Assembly (NCBI RefSeq): GCF_964213995.1
Contig: NC_135823.1
Coordinates: 806,001-870,000, forward strand
DNA: 64,000 nucleotides
DNA from: Mustelus asterias
Taxonomy: Eukaryota
Direction of reading: 5' to 3'
This document shows positions 25,821 through 37,452 of the stretch, piece by piece; within the stretch, counting starts at the first letter, position 1, and the number at the start of each line of letters is the position of its first letter. The notes under the pieces were generated by a model, which saw only the letters and a list, made by a program, of their open reading frames with translations, did not search any database and was not told the origin of the DNA. Both the position numbers and the translations under genes were made by a program.

Positions 25821-27728
25821 TTCAGCTTCAAATTAAAATTAAGATCTGGAACTCTTACCCACAAATAGCTGTTGAGGCTGGGGTTCAATTGAAACTTGCA
25901 GAACTGCGTTTGATGGATTGTTCTTTGGTAAGTGGATAGAGGGTTATAGATACAAGCCGAATGGATGCAGTTTAGATCAGTCATAGCAGAACAAACTCCT
26001 TGAGTACTGAATGACCTCCTGTTATGTTCCTGTAAACTCAGTGGCTCCAAGTATTGAATGGCGAGTTAAGGACTGATGTCAAAGCGACCATCATGCACAG
26101 AATGATCGGTGTTGGGAATGGTTCTCCAGATACAGCGAATTTGGAGGTGTTCTGAGGCAAAATCGCGAAACAATCGAAGGAACAAAGGTTTTCTTGATGG
26201 ATGGTAAGGGCTAAACCGTATGGGGTGCATGAACTGGGTTGAGCAGAATGGACTTTCCATTCTACCTATAGTAACATGTACCTTCAAATACTGTTCGCAA
26301 TTTCCGTGCAGAATGTTCCTGTTTGAGCCGAACAGGGTGATGTTCAATTAAAAACAGTTCCATGCGTTTGTAATGGGAATCACACGAGAATCGTGATAGG
26401 CCAAAGTTTAACAACCAACTGCATTACCCTTTCATAATCATCACAACGGTTTCCAGACATACGTCATAATATTGCTAATATAAAAGGCGGCATGGAGATC
26501 ATTGCGTCATCTGAGTGAAACAGCGTTTCAAATTTACTCATTCGTTCGACTGAACTTCTAATCTGAGTACATGATTCTTTATTTGTTTTATTTAGATATT
26601 AGTCACAAGTAAGGCTTACATTAACACTGCAAATAAGTTACTGTGAAATTCCCAAGTCGCCAGGCTCCTGCGCTTGTTTGGGTCAATGCAGCACGTCTTT
26701 CAGACTGTGGGAGGAAACACTCACAAACACGGGGAGAAGTTGCAGGCTCCACTTGACAGTGAGCCAAGCCGGGAATCGAACCCAGGTCCCTGGCGCTATC
26801 AGGCAGCAGTGCTAACCACTGTGCCACTGTGCCGCCCGCATTCTGTTCGCGATGTTAAATTAATGACTTCGCCAGCAAAACTCTTTCAGTCAAAGCCACG
26901 GGCTTACTTTTCCAGCAGTGTAGATATTAATATTTACTGGGAATAACACAGAATAATAGGGTGACGTGTGAAAGGAGGAGTAATTTACAGGGCCTTTGGG
27001 AGATAGCTCGAGTGCGCGACGAGAGAGCAGATTCATCCAGTTGGCATCGGCGTGATGGGCAGAATGACCTCTTTCTGTGCTGTAAATGGCCACAGTTCGA
27101 TGATTCGTGTGGATAAAATCCACTTAACCATGTGAATATGGATTGCAGATAATACTTTCTTCAAAACTAAATATATCTGTGTCCAGTACCAGGAGATAAC
27201 CAGTTAGGGCTTGGGGTGCACTCAACACTGCAGATTTCATATTCATGAAGCTGAAGTCCCCAGCCAGTTGCTCAGCTACCTTGTCAATCCTTAACCCCAC
27301 TTCGAACGCACACGCATTCACTCCAAAAATGGCTTGGTTAATTAGCTAAAGAGCCATCAGAAACACATTCGGTCTGAACCCTTAAAGAAACTGGAATCAC
27401 ACGGCTTACATTGCTTTTCATACCATGTTTAAATATATTGCATTATGCTTTGCTCACATACTTTATAAAATGCAGAATGGAATTTTCGGCACCGATACAG
27501 GCAATTGGAAACCTGGAAAGAGTCAAGTTGAACCGCAAGCGATATTTAATTGTAGAATGATTCGCATTAGGAGAGAATTCTGTTTCCACTTTGGGCGCCA
27601 TCGTAGAAATTCAACCGCAAATCCGCCTGCAGTTGAACATTCAAAACTTCACATGCCAAAGAGCTAAAGTTTCTGCAACACTAGATATCCTGGAATCACA
27701 TGGCGAGCACTCTCTCTTTCCTCTCCAG

Positions 27729-27773
27729 TTAGAGTGTTGGATCCTCGTTGAAGGCCAGGTGAGCGTAAAGTGT
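27729..27773 (-). CDS. Gene B terminal exon (TLYAHLAFNEDPTL*) with ITIM/ITSM-like motif
   Basis: Acceptor tttgttttcatccacag; phase 0 matches the previous exon; YxxL motif; TAA stop. Confidence 0.75.
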   Translation of the reverse strand, partial: TLYAHLAFNEDPTL

Positions 27774-28994
27774 CTGTGGATGAAAACAAATCTGTACTGT
27801 CATCCGCACCAGTCGTATAGGGATAGGTGAGGCCATTGAACCCAGAGAAGCATAGAACCCCTGAAAGAGAATCTTTCCCAGGCCTTCTCCCCGCCGTATG
27901 CCCGTTAACCCGTGTGTTTTTTACCATGGCTAATCTATCAACCTTCACATTTTTGGACACTAAAGGGCAATTTACCATGTCCTATCGATCTAATCTATAC
28001 ATCATTTGACCCTACGGGGCAATTTAACATGTCTAACCCATTTACCGTGCAAGTCTTTGGATACCAAGGGTGAATTTAGCATGGTTAAACCACCTAATTT
28101 GCAAACATTTGGACAGTAAGGAGAAATGGCCAATCCACCTAACCTGCAAATCTTTGGGCACAAAGGGGTAATTTAACTTGGCCAACCCCGCATCTTTGGA
28201 CACTATGGGACAACCTGGCATGGTCAATCCACTTAACCTATACATCCTTGGACACTACGGGGCAATTTACCATGGCCAATCCACCTTACCTGCACATCTC
28301 TGGACACTATTACCCGATCGTTGGACACCAAAGCACAACTTGGCATGGCCAATCTATTTACCTGCAGATCGTGGGACTATAATTGGAAACGAGAGCACCT
28401 GGAGGAACCCCACGCGACAAAGGGAGAACATGAAAACGCCACACAGACAGTCACCCAAGGCCAGAGTTGAACCCAGGTCCCTGGATTTGTAAGGCAGCAG
28501 TGTTAAACACTTTGCCACCGTGCCGCCCAATCCAGATCATGGCTGATGGGCAGCTTACTCACATACAGCACCCCCCCTCCAGCCTCCGCCCCCCCCCCCC
28601 ATGTTTCTATAATCCTTAATTCACTCGCTGACAATAATCTGCCCTTCTCAGTTCTGATAGTTCCGATTTTTTGTGGCGACTGTTCCAGAATTCCACTCCT
28701 CCTACTGGAAAGAAGAGCTTTCTGAGCACACCTCTGAACGTTTTGTTTATCATTTTAATTTTCTGCCTCCTTGACTGGATACGAAGAGAGGACTTCCTTC
28801 CTTTATCCCTGTCCTATAGAATTGTGTAATCATCTACAGCATCTCAATGCGATTATTCCGAAATCTTCTATACTGGGGGCTATGCAAACCTCGTCTGCGC
28901 TATGCGGCAGTAAACAGTATGTAAAACCTTGTAGACAAATATAAAAGTACATGAATTTACAATGGCTGTGAAGAAGATTTATACACACGGAATC

Positions 28995-29830
28995 GTCAAA
29001 TGTGCAGATAAATGACAGATGGAATTTACCCCTGAAATGTGTGAGGGGATACATTTTGGAAGAAGTAATTTGACAAGGAAGCACCCAATGTACAGTATAA
29101 CAGTCGGATGTACCGTGGAACAAAGAGACCTTGGCGTTTTTGTCCACAGACCTCTGAAGGTGGAAGGACATTTTAGTAGGGAGGTGAAAAAGCCATATGG
29201 GACACGTGCTTTTATCAATAGAGGGATGGAATACAAAAGCAGGGAAGTCACGTTGGAGTTGTATAGAACTTTGGTGAGGTAACAGCCAGAGTACTGTGTT
29301 CAGTTCTGGTCGCTCCATTATAGGAAGGATGTGATTGCACTGGAGGGGGTGCAGTGGAGATTCACCAGGATGCTGCCTGGGATGGAACATTTGAGTTAGA
29401 AACAGCGGTTGAGTAGGCTTGTGGTGTTTTCATTGGAACAGAGAAAACTGAGGGACGACCTGATCGAGATGTACAAGATTATGAGGGACATGGAAAGAGT
29501 GGATAAGGAACAGTTGTTCCCCTTAGTTGAAGGGTCAGTCACGACAGGACAGAGTTACAAGGTGAGTGGCAGGAGGTTTATGGGGGATGTATGGAAAAAC
29601 GTTTTTTTACCCAGAACGTCTGGAATGTGCGGCCTGGAAGGGTGCAGAGGCGGGTTGCCACATATTCTTTATAAAGTACCTGGATGAGCACTTGGCACAG
29701 CACAACATTTTAGGTTCAGGGCCAATTGCTGGGCAGATGGAATTGGCTGGGAGTCCAAATGTTTCTAACGTATTAGTGCGGACTCATTGGGCCGAAGGGC
29801 TACTTCTGCGCTTTATGATCCCACGGTTCT
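28995..29830 (+). mobile_element. CR1-clade LINE 3' fragment in the last intron of gene B
   Basis: QRDLGVFVH, LYRTLVR, FSLEQRKLRDDLIEMYKIM. Confidence 0.9.
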
Positions 29831-29988
29831 ATGAGACTTGGCACATTGTTTCTCTCTCCACATATGCTGCTAAACTTGCTGACTTGTTCCAGGATTTCCT
29901 GTTTGTGTCATGAATTCTAAATCATTGATTACTTTTTTTTCCTGAAAATTATCCGCATGCAATGGCAATGATAATTCCATTCATTCAC

Positions 29989-30047
29989 CTCTTGATTCAA
30001 TTTGTGCTCTCTGGAACCTGTCAGTTCCTCGCCACTGTTCACGGTGC
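29989..30047 (-). CDS. Gene B cytoplasmic exon 1 (GTVNSGEELTGSREHKLNQE)
   Basis: Acceptor cctcattctaacag, donor GAG|GTGAAT, phase 1 to 0, open. Confidence 0.75.
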
Positions 30048-30181
30048 CTGTTAGAATGAGGATTTTAAGTTCAATCTCAATGGCCATATTTCACACTGAA
30101 ACCGCTCAAGGTGCCAATAATGAGGTTGAAATGGATGGATTGAGAGCGCGAAAAGTTCAAGAATCTCCCAACTATCGCTAC

Positions 30182-30301
30182 CTCTCTGCCAGTTCCTGAA
30201 GCCCCTTCTTGCGGCCCAGGGAACCAATTCCAGAAGGAGAAGTGTCGCCACAGACAAAGCCCCAGAAAGCAGGCAAATGCGATTGGTCGGGAGTGGAGAA
30301 T
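30182..30301 (-). CDS. Gene B transmembrane exon (DSPLPTNRICLLSGALSVATLLLLELVPWAARRGFRNWQR)
   Basis: Acceptor ttttccttttgcag, donor G|GTAGCG, 120 nt, phase 1-1; hydrophobic segment followed by basic residues. Confidence 0.8.
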
Positions 30302-31199
30302 CTGCAAAAGGAAAAATAACTTCGTTGAAATAATGAATTGTAGAAATGATAAAACAAGTGGAGAATTTTCTCATCTCTTCCTCACCCGAAAACAGAAAAA
30401 GGATTTGTCTTTGATACTTTCATTTATCAGAGCAGATATCATATGTAGCGCTTTTTCAACAGGACATGGGTGGTGTGTTGGGGTAGAGAGGGAGAGTGAG
30501 GGACATAATTGACAGAGGTATTATAGAGAACATTTAGAATAGGAGAGATATAAATAAATAGATAGATTGACATAAGGAGAGGTCCATCGATATAACAGAA
30601 TCATAGTGGCACTCCGGTCAAACATCACACAAGTCGAGAGATTGAGGGAGCAGGGCTTATACAAAATATTCCACTTGGATAGAAAAACAGAAACAAATAG
30701 AGAGAACATCATCGCGTGAAATTGATATAGAGAAAGATAGAAGAGAGACAGAGCCACAGGAATATGGAGAGACAGGGATGGATGTTAAGATGGAGCGCCA
30801 TGAAACAGGCAGAAAAAGGAGAGATGTAGATCACTGGAGCAATTAATAGAAAGAGGGAGAGGGAAAGGCAGCGAGCGAGAGAGGGAAATGCAGAGAGTGG
30901 GGTGAAAAGACAGACTGACAGAGAGAAAATAATATCTGTGTGGGTTTCCTCCAAGTGCTCCGGTTTCTTCCCACAGTCCAAAGATGCGCAGTTTAGCTTG
31001 ATTGGCCATACTAAATTGCCCATCGTGTCCCAGGATGTGTAGGATAGAAGGATTAGCGGGGTAAATGTGTGGGGTTGTGGGGATTGGGCCCTGGGTGGGA
31101 ATGTTGTCGTTGCGGACTCGATGGGCCGAATGGCCTCCTTCTGCACTGCAGGGTTTCTATGATCCTAAGATTCTATAAATGCTTAGATTGCATTAGGGG

Positions 31200-31717
31200 A
31201 GAGTTGCATAGATAGGGAGAAAGAGGAAGAGAGGAATGGAGAGCCAGGCAAAGAAGACGAGAGAGAGAGAGAGAGAACGAGAGAGAAGGAGATCTTACAG
31301 GGAACCGTTAAATAAGAAGAGAAATAAACAGACAGATCGGCAGAAGGAGGTATTCATTAACAGAACGGAGATTTGATATAACTCAGTTTAAAAGGGACAC
31401 AAATACAAATAAGGACAGATGAGGTCTTAAGGAAAATGGTACAACTCGGATAGAAACAGAGAAACAGATCAGTGCAGCATGATCGCGTGGAAGAGATGAG
31501 AAAAAAGAAAAAAACACAGAGGAACAGGTAGACATGAAGAGACATTGATCGATGTTCAGATGGAAAACAATGTAACTATGGGAGAGAAGGGAGAGGCAAA
31601 GATACAGAGGGATCAATCTCGAGACAGAAAGAAAACATAAAGCTAGAAACAGAAAGACAGGTAGCGACAGAGAGAGAGAGAGGGAGAGAGCGAGAGAGAT
31701 AAAGAGGCAGAGAGAGA
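31200..31717. repeat. Purine-rich (GA)n low-complexity tract leading into the gap
   Basis: Degenerate GA repeats. Confidence 0.8.
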
Positions 31718-31892
31718 NNNNNNNNNNNNNNNNNNNNNNNNNNNNNNNNNNNNNNNNNNNNNNNNNNNNNNNNNNNNNNNNNNNNNNNNNNNNNNNNNNN
31801 NNNNNNNNNNNNNNNNNNNNNNNNNNNNNNNNNNNNNNNNNNNNNNNNNNNNNNNNNNNNNNNNNNNNNNNNNNNNNNNNNNNNNNNNNNNN
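31718..31892. other. Assembly gap (175 N)
   Basis: Run of N. Confidence 1.
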
Positions 31893-31939
31893 AAGAAGAC
31901 ATACTGAGCAAGTCAAATAGTTTAAACTGCGCTGGGACA

Positions 31940-32681
31940 TAATTACATGAATTGAGAGAGAAAATATAGAGAAGGAGAGAGAAGTGGTGGGTCGTCAATA
32001 ACACAAAGATAAACAGGTAGGCAGTTAGACAACATTTTGTGGATGAAAGTATTGAAATGAGAATGAGAGAAGTAGGTATATGAACTGATAAATAAATGAC
32101 TGCATACAAGCAAGTTAATATAAAGCGACTCTGGGAATGTCATCAGACGTTTCAATTTCACACATCGCCAGATCAGCCACTGACCACTAACTATGTCAAT
32201 ATGGCCCAGTCAGACAGAAGAACACAAGCAATAGAAGCAGCAGGAGGCCACCCCGTCTTTCCAGGCCGCTCTGCTATGTAATGACATCATGGCTAATCTT
32301 CAACTAATCCTAATTACATGAATTGAGAGAGAAAATATAGAGAAGGAGAGAGAAGTGGTGGGTCGTCAATAACACAAAGATAAACAGGTAGGCAGTTAGA
32401 CAACATTTTGTGGATGAAAGTATTGAAATGAGAATGAGAGAAGTAGGTATATGAACTGATAAATAAATGACTGCATACAAGCAAGTTAATATAAAGCGAC
32501 TCTGGGAATGTCATCAGACGTTTCAATTTCACACATCGCCAGATCAGCCACTGACCACTAACTATGTCAATATGGCCCAGTCAGACAGAAGAACACAAGC
32601 AATAGAAGCAGCAGGAGGCCACCCCGTCTTTCCAGGCCGCTCTGCTATGTAATGACATCATGGCTAATCTTCAACTAATCC
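31940..32681. repeat. Perfect 371-bp tandem duplication (31940-32310 and 32311-32681)
   Basis: Identical sequence; the ORF track shows identical ORFs offset by 371. Confidence 0.95.
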
Positions 32682-33284
32682 TCCACTTTCCCACACGTCA
32701 CCCAAATGTGGACACCCACCGGTGTCCACAACGCTATCTCACTAACTGAACCTCCACGACCCTCTGGGGTACAAAACAGAGGAAGTACGTTTTAAGAACG
32801 CGAAACGCTGAAACTTTAAGAAGCCTGTGATAGATTAATGATTTATTGGATTGATAGAATCATAGAATCCCTACAGTGGAGAAAGAAGCAATTCAGCACA
32901 TCGACCATGCACCAACAAAAATCCCACACAGGGCGGATAATCTCATAACTCCACCTATTTACCCTGCTAATCACTCTGACACGAAGGGGCAATTTACCAT
33001 GGCCAATCCACCAAGCTTACACATCTTCAGACATGAGAGGAAACCGGTGCACCCGGAGGAAACCTACACATACATGGGAGAACGTGCAGACTCCACACAG
33101 ACAGTGTGGAATTGAACCTGGGTCTCTGGCGCTGTGAAGCAGCAGTGCAAGCAATTGTGCCACCGTGCCGCCAATTTCCATGGAGGCAATCGGAAATAGA
33201 GGCACTTGTAATTTACAAGGGTGGGCCACTCTTCGTAAAAGTTAGCAATGAGTAGTTTTATGAGTGGTCAGTCTGAATAACTAC

Positions 33285-33590
33285 CTTTCTGAACTGCGAC
33301 ACTGTCACTTATAAGATGATCACCAGAGTTGATCTAAACGGCGCAAGTACAGCGAACGCTGCTGCTCCAGATTTCTGTTGAGAGGCTGATGTAACTGCTG
33401 ACGGTGGAGGTCACGTCCGGCTCCAGTGTCCCTCAATCGTTCTGTCCCTCGATGTCCCGGCCCGAAACATTCCAGTGGACGGGAAAGGAATCGGGAGACA
33501 AACCTCTGACCAAACATAACAACGGGACACTTTCCATGGCGGGAATCTGATCCAATTGCGGAGGGAGGAGGAATACGGTGGGAGAACCCG
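33285..33590 (-). pseudogene. Gene B C1 exon with two nonsense codons
   Basis: GSPTVFLLPP..VPLLCLVRGLSP..VHWNVSG..ND*GTLEPDVTSTVSSYISLSTEIWSSSVRCTCAV*INSGDHLISDSVAVQK; donor G|GTAGTT. Confidence 0.9.
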
Positions 33591-33774
33591 CTAAATCCGG
33601 CAAATAAAACAGAGAGTCCATTGACTAAGGGGATTTTCACAGCAACTTTATTGCGTTATTAATGCATGCAACTTATGACACCAATTAATAAACTTTAAAC
33701 TTTAACAGTTGGAACAGGACACGTTCTAATTGCTGTTCATACGCTCAATTCAATGGAAACATTAAAATATTTAC

Positions 33775-34113
33775 CTGTGATCAATAATGTGGAGCCGATT
33801 CCGAAAATTAACCCTCTGACCGTGTAATGGCGCACTGCACAGTAATACATTCCCGAATAGTTTCTCCGGGAATCCGCAATGATCAGAGAATAATTATCCT
33901 CTTTGTCAGAAATCTCACTGGAACACCTCCCCGCTGCTGGGAGCTGCTTGCTCGTGGTGTAAACCAAATTCATGTCACTGATCTCCCTCTCTCTGTACCA
34001 GTACACGTAATTAATACCTGAGACCTGGATGTGACAGCTGAGTTTAACACGATCTCCCACCCGGAGAGTCTGATCCGGCGGAGATTGGGACAAGATGGAC
34101 TGAGACACTAAAA
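33775..34113 (-). CDS. Gene B VJ exon (TCR/IgL-like V with germline-joined FGxG J motif)
   Basis: VKLSC...VYWYRE...YSLIIADSRRNYSGMYYCAVRHYTVRGLIFGIGSTLLITG; acceptor ctctgtttcccag, donor G|GTAAAT. Confidence 0.92.
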
Positions 34114-34187
34114 CTGGGAAACAGAGAGAAAACAAGAGTCATCTCAGGTTATAGAGCATTCCTCCAACCGACGAAGATACGCAGATA

Positions 34188-34272
34188 GGAATGTACACGG
34201 CCATTACACGGTCAGAGGGTTAATTTTCGGAATCGGCACAACATTATTGATCACAGGTAAATATTTTAATGT
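34188..34272 (+). repeat. Inverted duplicate of the gene B CDR3/J segment plus splice donor
   Basis: gccattacacggtcagagggttaattttcggaatcggc..acattattgatcacaggtaaatattttaatgt is the reverse complement of ~33759-33831, except tcc/aca. Confidence 0.92.
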
Positions 34273-34296
34273 ATCTTGTCCAAAAACTGGGTTCAC

Positions 34297-35720
34297 AATT
34301 AGTATCGTGCTGATTAAGAAGGGAAGGAGGCAGCAGACGGGAAATTATAGGCCGGTTAGCCTGACTTCGGTCATTGGCAAGATTTTAGAGTCCATTATTC
34401 AAAACTGAATCGCAGAGTACTTGGAAGTGCCTGATAAAATAGTACTAAGTCAGCACGGCTTCGTCAAGGGGAAGTCATGTGTGCCAAATCTGTTCGAGCT
34501 CTTTGAGGAGGTGACAAGGAAGTTAGATAAAGGAGAACCGGTGGATGTGATTTATTTAGATTTGCAAAAGGCCTTTGACAAGGTGCCGCATAGGAGACTG
34601 TTAATTAAGTTGAGAACCAATGGTGTTAAGGGCAATATGCTGGCATGGATAGAGGATTTGCTGACTGGCAGACGACAGAGAGTGGGGATAAATGGGTCTT
34701 TTGCAGGATGGCAGCCTCTGATTGCCGGTGTGCCTCAGGGCTCGGTGCTGGGACCACAAATTTTCACAATATGCATGGACGATTTGGAAGAAAGAACCGA
34801 AGGCACTGTTGCTAGGTTTGCAGATGATACAAAGTAATGCAGAGGGACAGGTATTATTGAGGCAGCAGGGGGACTGCAGAATGACTTGGACAGTTTAGGA
34901 GAGTGGGCAAAGATGTGGCAGATGGAGTACAATTTGGAAAAGTGTGAGGTTATGCACTTTGGAAGGAGGAATGAAGGAATATATTATTTTCTAAATGGGG
35001 AAATGCTGAGGAAATCAGAAACAAAACAAAGGGACTTGGGAGTCTTTGTTCAAAAGTCTCTTCATGTTAACGTGCAGGATCATTCGGCAGTTAGGAAGGC
35101 ACATGCAATGTTAGCATTCATGTCAAGAGCGCTTGAATACAAGAGCAGAAATGTACTTCTGAGGCTGTATAAAGCTCTGGTCAGACACATTTGGAGTATT
35201 GTGAGCAATCTTGGGCCCCACATCTGAGGAAGGATGTTCTGGCCTTGTAAAGATTCCAGAGGAGGTTCATAACAATGATCCCTGGAATGAAGAGCTTGTA
35301 GTATGAGGAACGGTTGAGGACTCTGGGTCTGTCCTCCTTTGAGTTTAGAAGGATGAGGGGGGATCTTATTGAAACTTGCAGGATACTGCGAGGCCAGGAT
35401 AGAATGAACATGGAGAGGATGGTTCCACTGGGAGGAAAAACTAGAACAAGTGGGCAAATCATCAGGCTAAAGGGACGATGCTTTAAAACAGAGATGAGGA
35501 GGAATTTCTTCAGCCAGCGAATATTGAAACTGTGGAACTCTTTGCCACAGAAGGCTGTGGAGGCCAGGTCATTGAGCGTCTTTAAGACAGATATAGATAG
35601 ATTCTTGATTAGTAAGGGGATCAGGGTTTATGGGGGAAAGGCACGAGAATGGGGATGAGAAAGAAATCAGCTATGATTGAATGGCGGAGCAGACTCGATG
35701 GGCCGATTGGCCTCATTCTG
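34297..35720 (+). mobile_element. CR1-clade LINE (RT to 3' end) in the first intron of gene B
   Basis: NYRPVSLTS, QHGFVKGKSC, DLQKAFDKVPH, GVPQGSVLGP, FADDTK. Confidence 0.95.
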
Positions 35721-37409
35721 CTCTTTTGTCTTGTGGTCTTACAGTGTTATGATTGCGCCGTTTTCGTGCTCACATTCTATTTCGGAATCTGACTCAATTC
35801 TCCCATAAATCTAGTTGAAACATCGGAGTGGACACATGGGAACTATCTTTTTTCATTATTCATTCATGGGACATTGGCATCGCTGGCTGGTAGGTTTTGT
35901 TGCACATCCCTATTTGCACTTGGAGTGTATTTGAGAGTCAACTACAATGGAGTGAGTCGGGAGTCACATGCAGGCCGGACCAGATAAGAACGGCAGATTT
36001 CTTTGCCGAAGGACATCAATGAACCACATGGGGTTTTTCCACAATTGGGAATAATTTCATGGTCATCAGTGGATTCTTAATTCCTGAGACTTGTGAATGT
36101 AACAAATTAAAGAAGTTCGACAATGCAACAATTTTCAGAGAATATCTTCTGTCATCTATGCTTTTTGCTTCTTATGCGCTATCTTTGGGCGGAGTTGTTA
36201 ATTTAGTCTAATGTTCTAATTGAATAGTCCTCTTCTCCACAGATGCCCATATTGTCAATGGAGAAAACGCACAACCTTTATCCCGGGTACAGATGACATT
36301 TAACCTGAGCCCTGTGTTCAATTCTGACCTTGAGCGAGTGCCTGTGTGGAGTTCGAACGTTCTCCCTGTGTCTGCGTGGGTTTTCTCTGAGTGCTCCTGT
36401 TCCCTCCCACACTCAAAAGATCTGCAGGTCTGGTGGATTGGCCGTGCAAAATTGTACCCGAGTGTCCCAGAACGTGCAGGCGATGTGGATTGGCCATGAT
36501 AAATTTCCCCTTAAAGGCCAAAGATGTGTAGGTTAGGTGTATTGGCCATGGAAATTTACACCTTGGTCCCCAAAAATGTGCGGGTTAGGTGGATTGGCCA
36601 TGCTTCATTGCCCCTTAGTATCAAAAGAAGAGCAGGTTAGGTGGACTGGCCATGCTAAATTGCACCTTAGTGTCTGAAGATGTTTCGTTTAGGTGGATTG
36701 GCCACGCTAATTTTCCTCTTCGTATCCAAAGATGTGCAGGTTAGGTGGATTGGCCAAACTACATTGCTCCTTCGTGTCCAAAGATATGCAGGTGATGTCG
36801 ATTGGACATGCTTAATTATCCTCAACATCAAGGAGATTAGTGGGGTAAATATAGCCGATTTGGGATTATTGACGGTGATTGTTCAATAGGTCGAATAGCC
36901 CATTCGTACGCTGGAGGCATTTGTTGATTCTAATTCGGCTTATATCCTTTCCATTAATTGCTACTGATTGAAACACAACATTTTCCCCTTCGTTAAGATT
37001 TGTTTTGTTTCAAATTAAACGTGCATGCCAAACTGCATAATCATATCACCGCAGAGCACAGTTGGAGACCATTCCGCCATTGGTGCCTCTGCTGGATCTT
37101 TGACAGATTTATCTAATTAGTCCTGCTCCATCTTTTCTTGTTTCCCTCATACCTCTGCAACTTTTGTCCCTGTCACGTTTTTATGCAATTCCGCCTTTTG
37201 AATCTGCTCACACGGCCCTTTTCAGCAGCGGCTTCCAGTTGGCAATAGTATGTTTACAATAATCCTTCCCGTCTCCGGACATGTTACTTGTGTCGATTTA
37301 CTTCAATCTGCTTATTTCTGGTCACAGACCCACAGTGGAAATAGTATCTCCTTAATTACTATATCGAAATCCTTATGCACTGTACCTGAATTTGTCAAGG
37401 TTATCTCAC

Positions 37410-37452
37410 CCTGGAAGAGATGGAACAATGCACAGACGCCGAGCAAACTCAT
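37410..37452 (-). CDS. Gene B leader exon (MSLLGVCALFHLFQ)
   Basis: ACAATGA start, hydrophobic, donor G|GTGAGA in phase 1; joins V as ...FQVLVSQSILSQSPP. Confidence 0.75.

Larger units (their letters stand above)
27729..37452 (-). pseudogene. Gene B: six-exon non-rearranging VJ-C1-TM-ITIM-like receptor pseudogene (303 codons plus stop)
   Basis: Exons 37452-37410, 34113-33775, 33590-33285, 30301-30182, 30047-29989 and 27773-27729 join with consistent phases (1,1,1,1,0). In-frame TGA (33435-33433) and TAG (33336-33334) interrupt C1. Confidence 0.88.

Noticed and set aside
31383-32109. ORFs spanning the N run
   Set aside because: Artefacts of translating through the gap and GA repeats.
33775-34272. 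Rearranging TCR/Ig locus with a separate J segment
   Set aside because: No heptamer-spacer-nonamer RSS beside either copy. V and J are one exon, and the extra J is a near-identical inverted copy.
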